A stretch of DNA of 64,000 nucleotides from Anaerohalosphaeraceae bacterium (GTDB taxonomy: Bacteria > Planctomycetota > Phycisphaerae > Sedimentisphaerales > Anaerohalosphaeraceae): the NCBI GenBank assembly GCA_963675525.2, contig CAXXSL010000005.1, forward strand, positions 1-64,000, written 5' to 3'. The translations under genes were made by a program, and so were the position numbers. Below the pieces are notes generated by a model. It searched no databases. It worked only from the letters and a program-made list of their open reading frames with translations, and was not told the DNA's origin. Below, in pieces: positions 10,005 to 20,800 of the stretch (position 1 is the first letter of the stretch; the number at the start of each line of letters is the position of its first letter).

Positions 10005-11873
10005 TTATTTATCGGCGAAACGAAGCATTTGCTGTTGTGTTTTTGAAAACAGCCGCAGGTTGTCCCGCAATCGCGAAGGTTTATTGCGTTTTCGCCAAAG
10101 TCGGCCAAATTCATCCGAACAATATCCCAGCTTTTCTGCAAGTTTACCCCAACAGCCCGTGGTCACGCGTCTGTTCTGACGAATAGATTTGACGGCGATT
10201 GCCCGCTCGGCCGCCAATGCATCCATACCGGCGGCCAGTTTCAATTCCTCCATGGCGATTTGTTCGAATTCCGGCAGTTTGCCGGATATGGCCGGAAACA
10301 GGTTTGAAGACGAAAGTTCTTTGGCTGCTTTAGCAAGTCCATCATGCGTCATCATATCAATGGCACTGTATGCCGGCGGGTTTGAGTGAATGATCGGCTC
10401 AAACATCCCCTCAAAAAGCAGGGACCGGTTCGGCTTGGCAGCCCCGCACGTCAAATAAGCCGAACCCAGCAGGGCGATCGCTTTTGCAAGCTTGTGATTG
10501 GTTTGCCCAAATGACAACCGGCAGAAATTTTCTGTAAATGCATCATCATTTACGGCATGTCCGCTCCACGCCTGAGCGGCCCCGTAGGCAAAGCCGTGTA
10601 AGCTAATGCCGAGCAAATTCCGATGCCCATTATCTCCCCAATCTGTATTCAGCAGCCCCTGTGCATGATGCCTTTTTCCCTGGCGGGCAAACGCTCTGAT
10701 GTTGCTCATTGCATTAGGCAGTCGAGAGCCGTGTGTCAGCCAGCTGCTGGTTCCCGGACACACCATGAAATCGATCCCGGCATCTGCGATCTCCTTCGTT
10801 CGTCGAATATTGGCGCCGTCGCTTTCATACTCCCAGTTCAGCAGAACTATATCCCGCGGAAGCTGCCCGATCAATTCCGGATGCTTCAGCACAATATCCG
10901 CCCATAGATTCATCCGCCTGCCGTGTTTTTCGCACAGCCGGTGTATCTTCAGCAGAAAATCCAGATATACCTTTCCGACTCCATATTTGTTGGCTCGTTT
11001 TCGGCTGCGTCCTTTTCCCAGTTCCCAGGTTTCGTCACAGCAAACGTTAAAATCGGTTGCCTCGAATAACGGCACAAATTCCTCATACAGTTCACGAACC
11101 AGCTTGATCGAACCGGGATCACCCGGACACAGGGTTGTTCCCCCTGGGAAACCGCGAAAGCCCGGCATTTCCCCAAGATGCTGATAGTCCGGCAGTGACA
11201 GGATCTTTTCCATGTGCCCGAAACTGGCGAGCGACCCTACCAGTCGCACATGATGTTTCTTGCAGTGTTCCTGCAGGGCTATTATTTCATTGGCATTAAA
11301 CGGGCTATACCCCTTCCCGATCACCGGATGCCGGGTAAACGTAAAAACATTTTCAATATAAAGCTGCAGTTCGTTGATCTTCCAGTGTGCCAGGCGCTCT
11401 ACAAGTTGTTTGAGTGTTTCCAGTTTTGGCACCTTGCCCCGTGAACAGTCATGGTATACCCCGCGCCGCTGGAAATCGGGCCAATCATCGATCCTGCACG
11501 CCGGAATTTGCCGACCATAAAGCGTCAGCAGATCACGAAGTGTCTGAATCGCGTAGTATGCCCCCGCATTGGTTACTGCGACGATCTCGATCCGCTCTTG
11601 GGTAATTGTCATTCGGTAGGCATCGGGGTGTTTCAAATTTCGGATTCGGCTGATGCGCAGTGTTGCCCATTCGCATGTGTTAGAAGTAATTCGTGATTTG
11701 ATTTTCAATTGCTTTTGGAGATCACTGTGAAGTTGTTTTAAGCCGGTCGAATCGGCGATCTGCTCACTGGTCAGTACCGTCCGCAGCGGCCACCTGAAAA
11801 CGCGGCCTAAACGGGTCACCTTCTGGACAGGAATGAGCAATTGATCAAACCGGCTCAGGGTATTGTTTTGCAT
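10005..11873 (-). CDS. GH20-family beta-N-acetylhexosaminidase-like protein, no signal peptide
   Basis: GH20b N-domain (AYYAIQTLRDL..IDDWPDF), RGVYHDCSRGKVP, catalytic D-E in NVCCDET, LNTDWGD. Start taken at ATG 11873; the ORF is open to 11897. Confidence 0.85.
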   Translation of the reverse strand: MQNNTLSRFDQLLIPVQKVTRLGRVFRWPLRTVLTSEQIADSTGLKQLHSDLQKQLKIKSRITSNTCEWATLRISRIRNLKHPDAYRMTITQERIEIVAVTNAGAYYAIQTLRDLLTLYGRQIPACRIDDWPDFQRRGVYHDCSRGKVPKLETLKQLVERLAHWKINELQLYIENVFTFTRHPVIGKGYSPFNANEIIALQEHCKKHHVRLVGSLASFGHMEKILSLPDYQHLGEMPGFRGFPGGTTLCPGDPGSIKLVRELYEEFVPLFEATDFNVCCDETWELGKGRSRKRANKYGVGKVYLDFLLKIHRLCEKHGRRMNLWADIVLKHPELIGQLPRDIVLLNWEYESDGANIRRTKEIADAGIDFMVCPGTSSWLTHGSRLPNAMSNIRAFARQGKRHHAQGLLNTDWGDNGHRNLLGISLHGFAYGAAQAWSGHAVNDDAFTENFCRLSFGQTNHKLAKAIALLGSAYLTCGAAKPNRSLLFEGMFEPIIHSNPPAYSAIDMMTHDGLAKAAKELSSSNLFPAISGKLPEFEQIAMEELKLAAGMDALAAERAIAVKSIRQNRRVTTGCWGKLAEKLGYCSDEFGRLWRKRNKPSRLRDNLRLFSKTQQQMLRFADK

Positions 11874-12602
11874 TTGCGCCGACACGACAACTCCCAAAAG
11901 GGCATTGGGCCTACCAGGATTCTAACCTGGGGCCAAGAGATTATGAGTGCATTGGGCATTTTATCTAAAGATAAAGAAAACAAAGCACTTAAAGATTCAC
12001 CCAAAGAACGCTTACACACGGAAACCAAAATGAACCGAAATTCGGTCGAATTGCATTATCCCGAATTGTTAAGGATTGTCAAGGTCTGGCCCCAACTGCC
12101 GGAGCATATCAAATCAGTGGGTTGGCGATTCAAATCCACTTCTACCCATTTCTTATGTGATTTGAAGTTTAAGGCTTTTCGCTACTGGCTTATGATATTG
12201 AAACCCATATTGTTACTAAAAAAGAGAGTAATTCAATTACAGCCAAAGAGGAACCGCTTAAAAGATTTATAACCAGATAGAGAATAGTGTGTATAATAAA
12301 GCCACCGTATGATGACAGGAGGGCTCAGAAATCAATCCCAACAAAGATTTCTCTTTTCGAAACTGTGGATTGCGCGAAATCACTTATTTTTTGCGCGAGA
12401 TTTCTTTGATTTAAAAGTCACTTTACGGGACAATAAAAAGGACCTGACTAATATCTTCATGGGAGGATGTAAGGCATTTCGCCAGATGTGGGGAGAGTAT
12501 CATATTTTGTGAGGACTAAGACGGTGATCCATGCCGTTTGACGACGTGTGATGTGTAAAGGCTCTATAAAACTAAACTTGTAAAAGAACGGGGTTCTAAA
12601 CC

Positions 12603-14645
12603 ATGAGATATATCGGGTCAATTCAATTGTCAATTTTCATTGCAGTTATTCTTTTCCTGGGTTCTTCTGTCAAAGCCGCTCCCGTCATTAGGGTCGATCC
12701 GAACGGTTTTGCGGATTATACAACCGTTCAGGCTGCGGTAGACTCAATTCCAACTGTGAACACAACGCCGGTGGAAATCCACATTGCCCCCGGCACCTAT
12801 GTCGAACATGTGCATGTCACAGGCCAGAAATCTTTTGTCAGCCTTATCGGTACCGACCCGGCAACCACAAAAATCACCTTTAATACCCCGGCGAATGAAC
12901 CCGGCTACGATACGTGGACCTCAGCAACCGTCTATTTTGAAAGCTATGACTTTTCTATTGAAGGCCTCAGTATCGAAAACTCCTATGGCATCGGCGTCCA
13001 GTCGCTTGCCTTTGCAGCAAACGGTCGCCGCGGGCAGTTCAAGAATGTTTGGTTCCTGTCGAATCAGGATACGCTCCTTCTCTATAACGGCCCATTCTAT
13101 CTGACAAACTGCCGCATCGAAGGCACGACCGATTTCATGTACGGCAACGCGACGGCGTGGTTTGAAAATTGCGAGATCTACAGCCGAACCGGTAACTACC
13201 TGACCGCAAGCAATTGCGACATCTCGGTACCTTATGGTTTTGTTTATAATAACTGTCAGTTAACTCGGGCTGCTTCGCTGGGTGACAATTCGGTTTACCT
13301 GGGCCGCCCGTGGGGACCGTACGCATCCGTTACGTATCTGAATTGCTGGATGGATGCACATATAAGACCGGAAGGCTGGAGCGACTGGGGTGTTCCGGCG
13401 AGGCATGAAACATGCCGCTACAGTGAGTACAATAGCTTCGGCCCCGGTGGAGACATGTCAAATCGTGTGGACTGGACGGGCGTCCATATCCTCACTGACA
13501 CAGAGGCACTGGACTTTAATCTGCCAAATGTGCTCGGTTCCTGGACACCATCCTACGCCGATACCTCTTCTGACATAACCCCTCCAATCCCCGATCCGCT
13601 GACTTGGTCCGACCAACCGCATATGTCGGCGGCAAGAACGGCGAGCATGGCCGCAAACTTAGCGCAAGACATCAACGGTGTTGAATACTATTTTGCGAAC
13701 GTCACCGATCCCAACCACGATTCCGACTGGCAGGCAAGCAGCGAATACACCGATACCGATTTGACCATCGGACAAACCTATACCTACAAAGCAAAGGCTC
13801 GCGATCTGAGTGTCAATCAGAATGAAACCGGGTGGAGTTCCGAGTTGAGCGTAACGATACCGGACAATCCTATGCAGGTGGAGGAAGTTTACCTCTTACC
13901 GGATGATGATTCACGGTTGACTGCCAATAGCCCTACAACGAACTATGGTGGCTATGATTCATTCTGGGCTCGAGATCTCGGCAGTTTAACGGCTATGGGC
14001 ACCGGTATTATTCAATTTACACTGCCCGAAGACGGCCGGATTTTCTTCAAAGCCAGACTGGAATTTGTCAATAAAAGAGATAACTCGGGTAATCCCCTTC
14101 GGGTGTTTGCTCTGAAGGATGGGACCGCTGGAGAAGATATCGATGAGACAACGGTTACCTACGACAATGGTCCCGGCGTCGATACCGCAACCGCAACGTT
14201 GAATTCGGATACCGTGGAGTTGTATTCAGTCAACAGCGGGCTTACCGGCGAACCCATGAACACACCCGACGGCACCGCCCAGCAAGCACTGAACGATTTC
14301 ATCAACCAGGACACCAACAGAATCGTGACCTTCTATGCCGCCAGCAATACCGGCGCGATCCAGATCGCCTCAAAAGAAGCCTCCAATGTCGGCGAAACAT
14401 CCTTCAAGCCCTATTTACACCTCTGGTACCTCAATAACGGCTGCGACCAGGTTTATCTGGGCGATGTCAATGCAGATTGTAAGGTTGATTTGACCGATTT
14501 TGGAATTCTGGCCAGTCAGTGGCTGGATTCTCCCGGGACTCCTCCGGCGGATATTATCCCGATGGGGAATGCCGATGGGGTTGTAGACTTCGAAGACCTT
14601 AAATCGCTCGTTTCTGATTGGCTTAGTAATGCCTCTTCTTACTGA
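12603..14645 (+). CDS. Secreted pectin methylesterase (CE8) + FN3-like + DNRLRE-like + dockerin-like tail
   Basis: Signal peptide; YTTVQAAVD, GTYVE, QDTL, IEGTTDFMYG, YLGRPWGPY; C-terminal GDVNADCKVDLTDFGILASQWL repeat. Confidence 0.92.
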   Translation: MRYIGSIQLSIFIAVILFLGSSVKAAPVIRVDPNGFADYTTVQAAVDSIPTVNTTPVEIHIAPGTYVEHVHVTGQKSFVSLIGTDPATTKITFNTPANEPGYDTWTSATVYFESYDFSIEGLSIENSYGIGVQSLAFAANGRRGQFKNVWFLSNQDTLLLYNGPFYLTNCRIEGTTDFMYGNATAWFENCEIYSRTGNYLTASNCDISVPYGFVYNNCQLTRAASLGDNSVYLGRPWGPYASVTYLNCWMDAHIRPEGWSDWGVPARHETCRYSEYNSFGPGGDMSNRVDWTGVHILTDTEALDFNLPNVLGSWTPSYADTSSDITPPIPDPLTWSDQPHMSAARTASMAANLAQDINGVEYYFANVTDPNHDSDWQASSEYTDTDLTIGQTYTYKAKARDLSVNQNETGWSSELSVTIPDNPMQVEEVYLLPDDDSRLTANSPTTNYGGYDSFWARDLGSLTAMGTGIIQFTLPEDGRIFFKARLEFVNKRDNSGNPLRVFALKDGTAGEDIDETTVTYDNGPGVDTATATLNSDTVELYSVNSGLTGEPMNTPDGTAQQALNDFINQDTNRIVTFYAASNTGAIQIASKEASNVGETSFKPYLHLWYLNNGCDQVYLGDVNADCKVDLTDFGILASQWLDSPGTPPADIIPMGNADGVVDFEDLKSLVSDWLSNASSY

Positions 14646-14690
14646 TTTCTGTATCTTCTTTAATTTTAGGACTTTTTTTTTACATAATTT

Positions 14691-14790
14691 TTGAAAAAAA
14701 GACGTAAAAATATCGTATAATGACTGTGTTCAAGTGCTATGTGTTTGTTGATTTTGTGCTTTGAAGCTGGTGTCAAATTGAGCGTATAAT
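14691..14790 (+). promoter_or_regulatory. Two tandem sigma70-like promoters upstream of the PL11 cluster
   Basis: TTGAAA-19-TATAAT (14691-14721) and TTGAAG-18-TATAAT (14761-14790); both -10 boxes read cgTATAAT. Confidence 0.45.
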
Positions 14791-14904
14791 ACTGCATTTC
14801 GGACTCGGGGGCTTTGTAGAAAACTGCATTTTTGAGTAGCTTTGACATGAATATAGTTTTTATGTAAATACGATGAATAGAACAAAATATCTTGTGGAGG
14901 TTAG

Positions 14905-17835
14905 ATGAAACAGCGGCATGTCCCTAAGGTTTTAATTGCGATCCTTATGCTTAGCTTAGCCTCCTATTGCGTTGAGGCAGCACGATTTATGGAAAATCTG
15001 GATCGGGGTGTTGTCGCTGTTTACAAGGGGGGCGGTCAGGTTTATATCGGTTGGCGTATGTTTGGTACCGAGCCGGATACGGTTGGGTATAATGTTTATC
15101 GCAATTCCGTAAAAATCAACGGTTCGCCCATCACCGGTTCTACGAATTATATCGATACAAGCGGCAGCAGCAGTTATACCTACCGCGTGGCTGCTGTAAT
15201 TGATGGTGTTGAACAGGATATGTCCGATTCGGTTTCGGTGTGGAGTGACTTCTATCATGACATTCCTCTGCAGAGGCCGGCAGGGGGGACGACACCGGAT
15301 GCTGTTGATTATACTTACAGTCCCAACGATGCCAGTGTGGCCGATCTTGATGGTGACGGTCAATATGAAATCGTCCTGAAATGGGATCCGTCCAATTCAA
15401 AGGACAATGCTAATGGTGGCTATAGTGGTAATGTTTACCTGGATGCATATGAGATGGATGGAACGTTTCTGTGGCGGATTGATTTAGGCATTAATATCCG
15501 TGCCGGCGCTCATTATACCCAGTTTATGGTGTATGATTTTGACAGTGACGGCAAAGCGGAAGTGGTCTGTAAAACCGCTGAAGGGACCGTTGACGGCGTA
15601 GGCACGGTACTTGGCAATCCCAGCGCCGACTATCGAAACAGTTCGGGTTATATCCTCTCCGGACCGGAATATCTAAGCGTATTTGATGGTCAGACAGGCG
15701 CCTTTGTGGATACGGTCGATTATGTGCCTCCGCGCGGTAACGTCAGCGATTGGGGTGACTCCTACGGCAACCGCGTAGACCGTTTTCTGGCTTGTGTTGC
15801 CTATCTGGACGGTCAGCGGCCGAGTGTTGTTATGTGTAGGGGGTATTATACGCGTACGGTGCTGGCTGCATGGGATTTTGTTGGCGGACAACTGACACAG
15901 CGTTGGGTGTTTGATAGCGATGACAGCGGTAATTCTGCCTATGCCGGACAGGGCAATCATAATCTCAGCGTTGCCGATGTGGACGCTGACGGCAAAGATG
16001 AAATCATCTATGGATCCTGTACGATCGATGATGACGGGACGGGATTATATACGACGGGTTTGGGACACGGCGATGCAATGCATGTGTCCGATATGGATCC
16101 GGGTCGACCGGGCCTTGAGGTCTGGCAGTGCCACGAGGGAAGTGCCGCGGGGGCCACGTTTCGGGATGCGGAAACTGGTGCCGTACTTATTGATCATTAT
16201 AATTCCGGCGATGTCGGCAGGGCGTGTGCCGCCAACATCGATTCGGGTTATTTCGGATACCAGTTATGGTCATATGCGACCGGTGGCGTTTATTCGGTTG
16301 ACAATGTTCAAATCAGCGCGAATTATTCGGGTAAGATGATGAACTTCCTTGTCTGGTGGACCGGCGATCTGCAGCGTGAATTCCAGGGAGCGGCTGATGG
16401 TGACGGAAAAAATCCGGTTTTGGAGAAATGGGGCGGTGATGGTCCGTATCGCTTGCTGAGTCTATACAGCATTCCGACTTCATACAGCACGAACAGCAAT
16501 AACTGGAGCAAGGCCAACCCCTGTTTGTCGGGCGATATTTTGGGTGATTGGCGTGAGGAAATGATCTTCCGTTCGTCGGATAACACCAAGCTTAGGATTT
16601 TCACGACCACGGAGCTGACCAGCCATCGCATTTATACATTGATGCACGATCCACAGTACCGTTTAGCAATGGCCTGGCAGAATGTGGCCTACAATCAGCC
16701 GCCGCACCCGAGCTTTTATATCGGGGCAGGGATGTCAACTCCTCCGATTCCGAATATCGTCCTTGTAGGCGCACCTGTCTTTACCAGTGATCCGATTAAT
16801 CTTGATGCCGTTGAGCTATCCTCTTATGCAGGTCAATCGCTTGCAAATTACGCCAGTGATTTGAACGGCATGAATACGGTGACCTTCAGCAAGGACGGCG
16901 GACCGGATTGGTTAACGGTGGCGAGCGACGGAGCTCTTTCTGGGATTCCGAGTGATCGAAATGTTGGTGAGAATACATTTACAGTTCGCGTTACAGATAC
17001 GGGCGGTTTATCCGATACTGCCACGATGACGATTCAGGTAGCCAATATCTATTCCGGCGTTCTCGGCACCGATGATCTGCTCGGCTTGGCGGCTCAATGG
17101 CTGTCGCTGGATTGTGTGGATGTCCCGGCCTGTAACGGCGCGGATCTGGATGGCGATGATGATGTCACCGTTTCAGATTTCTCAGTATTAGCCCATAATT
17201 GGCTGGGTGATGAAGCCCTGCAGCTTCATTTGAAATTCAACGAAACAAGCGGCGATACGGCATACGATAATTCGATCTATTGGCGGCCAGGCACGCTTGT
17301 CAATGCTCCGGCCTGGGATTTGGGCCATTCCGGCGGTGCCCTGCTGTTTGACGGCACGAACGACCATGTCGAAGTGTCCGGCTATCAAGGCATTCCCGGC
17401 GGTGGCAGCCGTACCTGTATGGCTTGGGTTAAAACCGCTTCGGTCTCCGGTGAGATCCTGACGTGGGGCGAAGAATACAATGGCGGCCGCTGGGTCATTC
17501 GTGTTGATGAAGGCGGTCAGCTTCGCGCGGAAGTCCAGGGCGGCAATATCATCGGCACCACCGTCATCAATAACGACACCTGGCACCATGTCGCCGTTGT
17601 GATCACCGATGACGGCAGCCCGGATATTGCGGAAGCTCAATTGTATGTTGACGGTCAGCTTGAAACGATCAGTTCCTTTGCGGACGAGCCGATCAATAGC
17701 GGTTCGGCTGAAGATGTTAAGATCGGCGCGTATTTAGCCGCCGGCGGTCCCCGTTACTTCCAGGGCCTGATCGATGAGGTCCGAATCTATGATACAGCGT
17801 TAACACAGGCGGAAATCGCAGTGTTGGCACAATAA
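14905..17835 (+). CDS. Rhamnogalacturonan lyase PL11 (YesW/YesX-like) + Ig-like + dockerin-like + LamG
   Basis: MENLDRGVVAV, NDASVADLDGDGQYEIVLKWDP, NIRAGAHYTQF, GQGNHNLSV, GHGDAMH, TLMHDPQYR..AWQNVAYNQPPH; C-terminal LamG (WHHVAVV..FQGLIDEVRIY). Confidence 0.93.
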   Translation: MKQRHVPKVLIAILMLSLASYCVEAARFMENLDRGVVAVYKGGGQVYIGWRMFGTEPDTVGYNVYRNSVKINGSPITGSTNYIDTSGSSSYTYRVAAVIDGVEQDMSDSVSVWSDFYHDIPLQRPAGGTTPDAVDYTYSPNDASVADLDGDGQYEIVLKWDPSNSKDNANGGYSGNVYLDAYEMDGTFLWRIDLGINIRAGAHYTQFMVYDFDSDGKAEVVCKTAEGTVDGVGTVLGNPSADYRNSSGYILSGPEYLSVFDGQTGAFVDTVDYVPPRGNVSDWGDSYGNRVDRFLACVAYLDGQRPSVVMCRGYYTRTVLAAWDFVGGQLTQRWVFDSDDSGNSAYAGQGNHNLSVADVDADGKDEIIYGSCTIDDDGTGLYTTGLGHGDAMHVSDMDPGRPGLEVWQCHEGSAAGATFRDAETGAVLIDHYNSGDVGRACAANIDSGYFGYQLWSYATGGVYSVDNVQISANYSGKMMNFLVWWTGDLQREFQGAADGDGKNPVLEKWGGDGPYRLLSLYSIPTSYSTNSNNWSKANPCLSGDILGDWREEMIFRSSDNTKLRIFTTTELTSHRIYTLMHDPQYRLAMAWQNVAYNQPPHPSFYIGAGMSTPPIPNIVLVGAPVFTSDPINLDAVELSSYAGQSLANYASDLNGMNTVTFSKDGGPDWLTVASDGALSGIPSDRNVGENTFTVRVTDTGGLSDTATMTIQVANIYSGVLGTDDLLGLAAQWLSLDCVDVPACNGADLDGDDDVTVSDFSVLAHNWLGDEALQLHLKFNETSGDTAYDNSIYWRPGTLVNAPAWDLGHSGGALLFDGTNDHVEVSGYQGIPGGGSRTCMAWVKTASVSGEILTWGEEYNGGRWVIRVDEGGQLRAEVQGGNIIGTTVINNDTWHHVAVVITDDGSPDIAEAQLYVDGQLETISSFADEPINSGSAEDVKIGAYLAAGGPRYFQGLIDEVRIYDTALTQAEIAVLAQ
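16772..17820 (+). repeat. Copy 1 of ~1.05 kb duplicated C-terminal module (Ig-like/dockerin-like/LamG)
   Basis: Aligns to 20788-21839; manual count gives about 24 mismatches over 17041-17760. Confidence 0.95.
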
Positions 17836-17891
17836 ATTCGCTGGAAGTTCCGACCAACGGGACAAATATTCAGATATAGGAATCAGATAAT

Positions 17892-20800
17892 ATGAAAAAA
17901 GCAGTTGTATTGAAAAGCATTTTTCTGTCGGTTTTATTAGTGACGGTTTTCGCAGGATTTTCAGCGGGGGGAACCCGATTTATGGAAAATCTCGACCGCG
18001 GAGTCGTAGCGGTATCTACGGGACCAGGGATCTATATCGGCTGGCGGATGTTCGGGACAGACCCGACGGATATAGCCTTCAACGTTTACCGGAACTCGGC
18101 CAAACTAAACGCCTCGCCGATTACAACCTCCACGAACTATCTGGATACGACAGGCACCACAGGTAATACCTATTTTATTGTGCCGGTCATTGGCGGGGTA
18201 GAGCAGGCGGCTTCCGAGCCGGTTGCAGTCTGGGACAGCTTTTGCCATTCCATCAATCTGGCGTCGGTTAGTGGAAGCTATAGTCCTAACGATGCCAGCG
18301 TCGGTGATCTGGATGGGGATGGTCAGTACGAAATAGTCATTAAGAGGCTGTCAACAGATATATCGCAGACTTCAACCACATTCCACCTGATCGAAGCCTA
18401 TCGTCTTGACGGCACATTCTTATGGAGGCTCAACCTGGGACCGAACAACCTCTATGCGCCCGAAGAAATAAATCCCATGGTCTATGACTTTGACAGCGAC
18501 GGACGAGCGGAAGTGGTTCTGCGAACCTGTGAAGGGAACGTCGATGGAATCGGTGTCAGTATAGGCGATACGGATAGCGATGGAAAAACCGATTACCGAG
18601 ACTCGGTGGCCACGCCCGGCGGTGGTTGGTATATGACCGAGGGGCCGGAGTTCTTATCCATATTCGATGGTCTGACCGGGGAAGAAATCGCCAGAACAGA
18701 CTACATTGAAAGAGACCCTCTCTCACAATGGGGGCTACCAGGAATGACCACAGGCCAGTACGCGCACCGAGCTGACAAATGTATGATGACACCCGCGTAT
18801 CTTGACGGACAGAGACCGAGCCTTGTTATTTGCCGGGGGATATACCATCGCATTAAGATGGAGGCCTGGAATTTCAGAGACGGCAGTCTTTCCAATGTAT
18901 GGTCATTCGATACGGATAACTGGCCCGGTTACGCAGGTCAGGGCAACCACAACCTGACGGTTGGTGACGTCGATAATGACGGCAAGGATGAGATCGTCTA
19001 TGCTTCCATGTGTGTCGACGACAACGGCAGCGGCCTTTACACCACGGGGCTTGGGCACGGCGATGCCTTGCATATGTCCGACATGATCCCCGACCGGCCG
19101 GGGCTAGAGGTTGTTGCGGTTCACGAATCTGGTGATAATGGAACCACTCTTCGGGATGCCGGCACCGGCGAGATACTCTGGCAAAAGACGGCGATCGGTG
19201 ATACAGGAAGAGGCTGTGCGGCTCACATCGACTCACGCTACCCGGGATACCAGATGTGGTCGGTAGCCAGCGGCGGAACATACAATGCCACAGACAAGTC
19301 CCTGATCAGTGCTAACCTTCCGAACTGGGGTAACTTCCTGCTCTGGTGGGACGGTGATTTGCAGCGCGAAATACTGGACGATATATCCGGGCATAACAAT
19401 CCGTACTTAGATAAGTGGTACGGTGACGGCGCCGGCAGGTTACTGAGTATCTACAATGTCCCCACGCAATACGGAACCTCCAGTAACAATGGCACCAAAG
19501 GCAATCCGTGCCTTAGCGGTGATATTCTGGGCGACTGGCGAGAGGAGATGATCTACCGGTCATCTGATAACACGCAACTGCGCATCTTCACTACGACAGA
19601 TGTGACAAACTATCGCTTCTACACGCTGATGCATGACTCGCAATACCGTACAGCAATTGCCTGGCAGTGTAACATGTACAATCAGCCGCCGCATCCGAGT
19701 TTTTATATCGGAGCAGGGATGAGTGACCCGCCGGTACCGGATATTATCCTGGTTGGCGGCGATCCGGATGAAACCAATCCGCCAATACCTGATCCGATGG
19801 AATGGATTTTCGTACCCCATGTCAGCGGCAATGGTTCCATTGCCATGCAGGCGGCCACAGCGATTGATCCGAGCGGCGTTGAATATTACTTTGACTGCAC
19901 CTCTGGCGGCGGTCATGACAGCGGCTGGCAGGACAGCACCTTTTATAAAGATACAGGTCTTACCGAAAATGTAACATATACGTATACGGTGACAGCACGT
20001 GACAAATCGAATAATCAGAATACAACCCTGGCATCGATTCCTGTGTCCTGCGTCGTAGAGAACATGACGGGACTGGTTTTTTGGGATTTTGAGGACGGCA
20101 TCGAGAACACGCCGCTTTCCAGCATGTCTTACGGAGGTTCCAGGGACACGATAAGTGGGATTATAATGTATGGGTTTGATCCGACTTACGGCCCATCATT
20201 TTCTGCTGAAGCGCCGCCCGACAGCGGGCTGAGTATATACTGTAGCGGTTCTCAAGATGGGTACACGCTGGATGCATCTCTGAATGCCTGGTCTCCGCAG
20301 ACATGGACGATCGAAGTATCGGTCAAATTGAATGATATATCCGGCTGGGAAACCTTCGTCGGTCGTGACGGTTCGAGCAATGGCGATCCGGAATCGGATT
20401 TTTATCTGCAGAAAAACAATGATTCAACTTCTGCCGTGCCTGGGGCATTTCGTGTTAATTATGAAACTGTCACCGGCTTGCGGTGGAAGTTAGACGCTGA
20501 CTTTCCCGTGCAAGCCAATCGATGGTATCGTCTTGCTGTAACCAGTGATGGTGCGATGATCAGGATGTATTGTGACAAACTGGATGGCAATGGATATCAG
20601 CTTGTGGGCTCACTGGATATTTCTTCGCAAACACCGGCTCAGAATGCACTTGCCCAGGGCGGAGATAACTGGACCTTCGCCCGGGGATGGTACAGCGGCG
20701 CTTTTGTCGATCACATCAACGGCTATCTGGACAATGTTAGATTCACCGAGACAGCTTTGACGCCGGAGGAATTTTTAGATGTGATATCACCTGTGTTTAC

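Noticed and set aside
11841..12272. 143-aa ORF as a real gene
   Set aside because: TTG start, overlaps the GH20 5' end on the opposite strand, and has no coherent domain; only a short internal segment looks protein-like.
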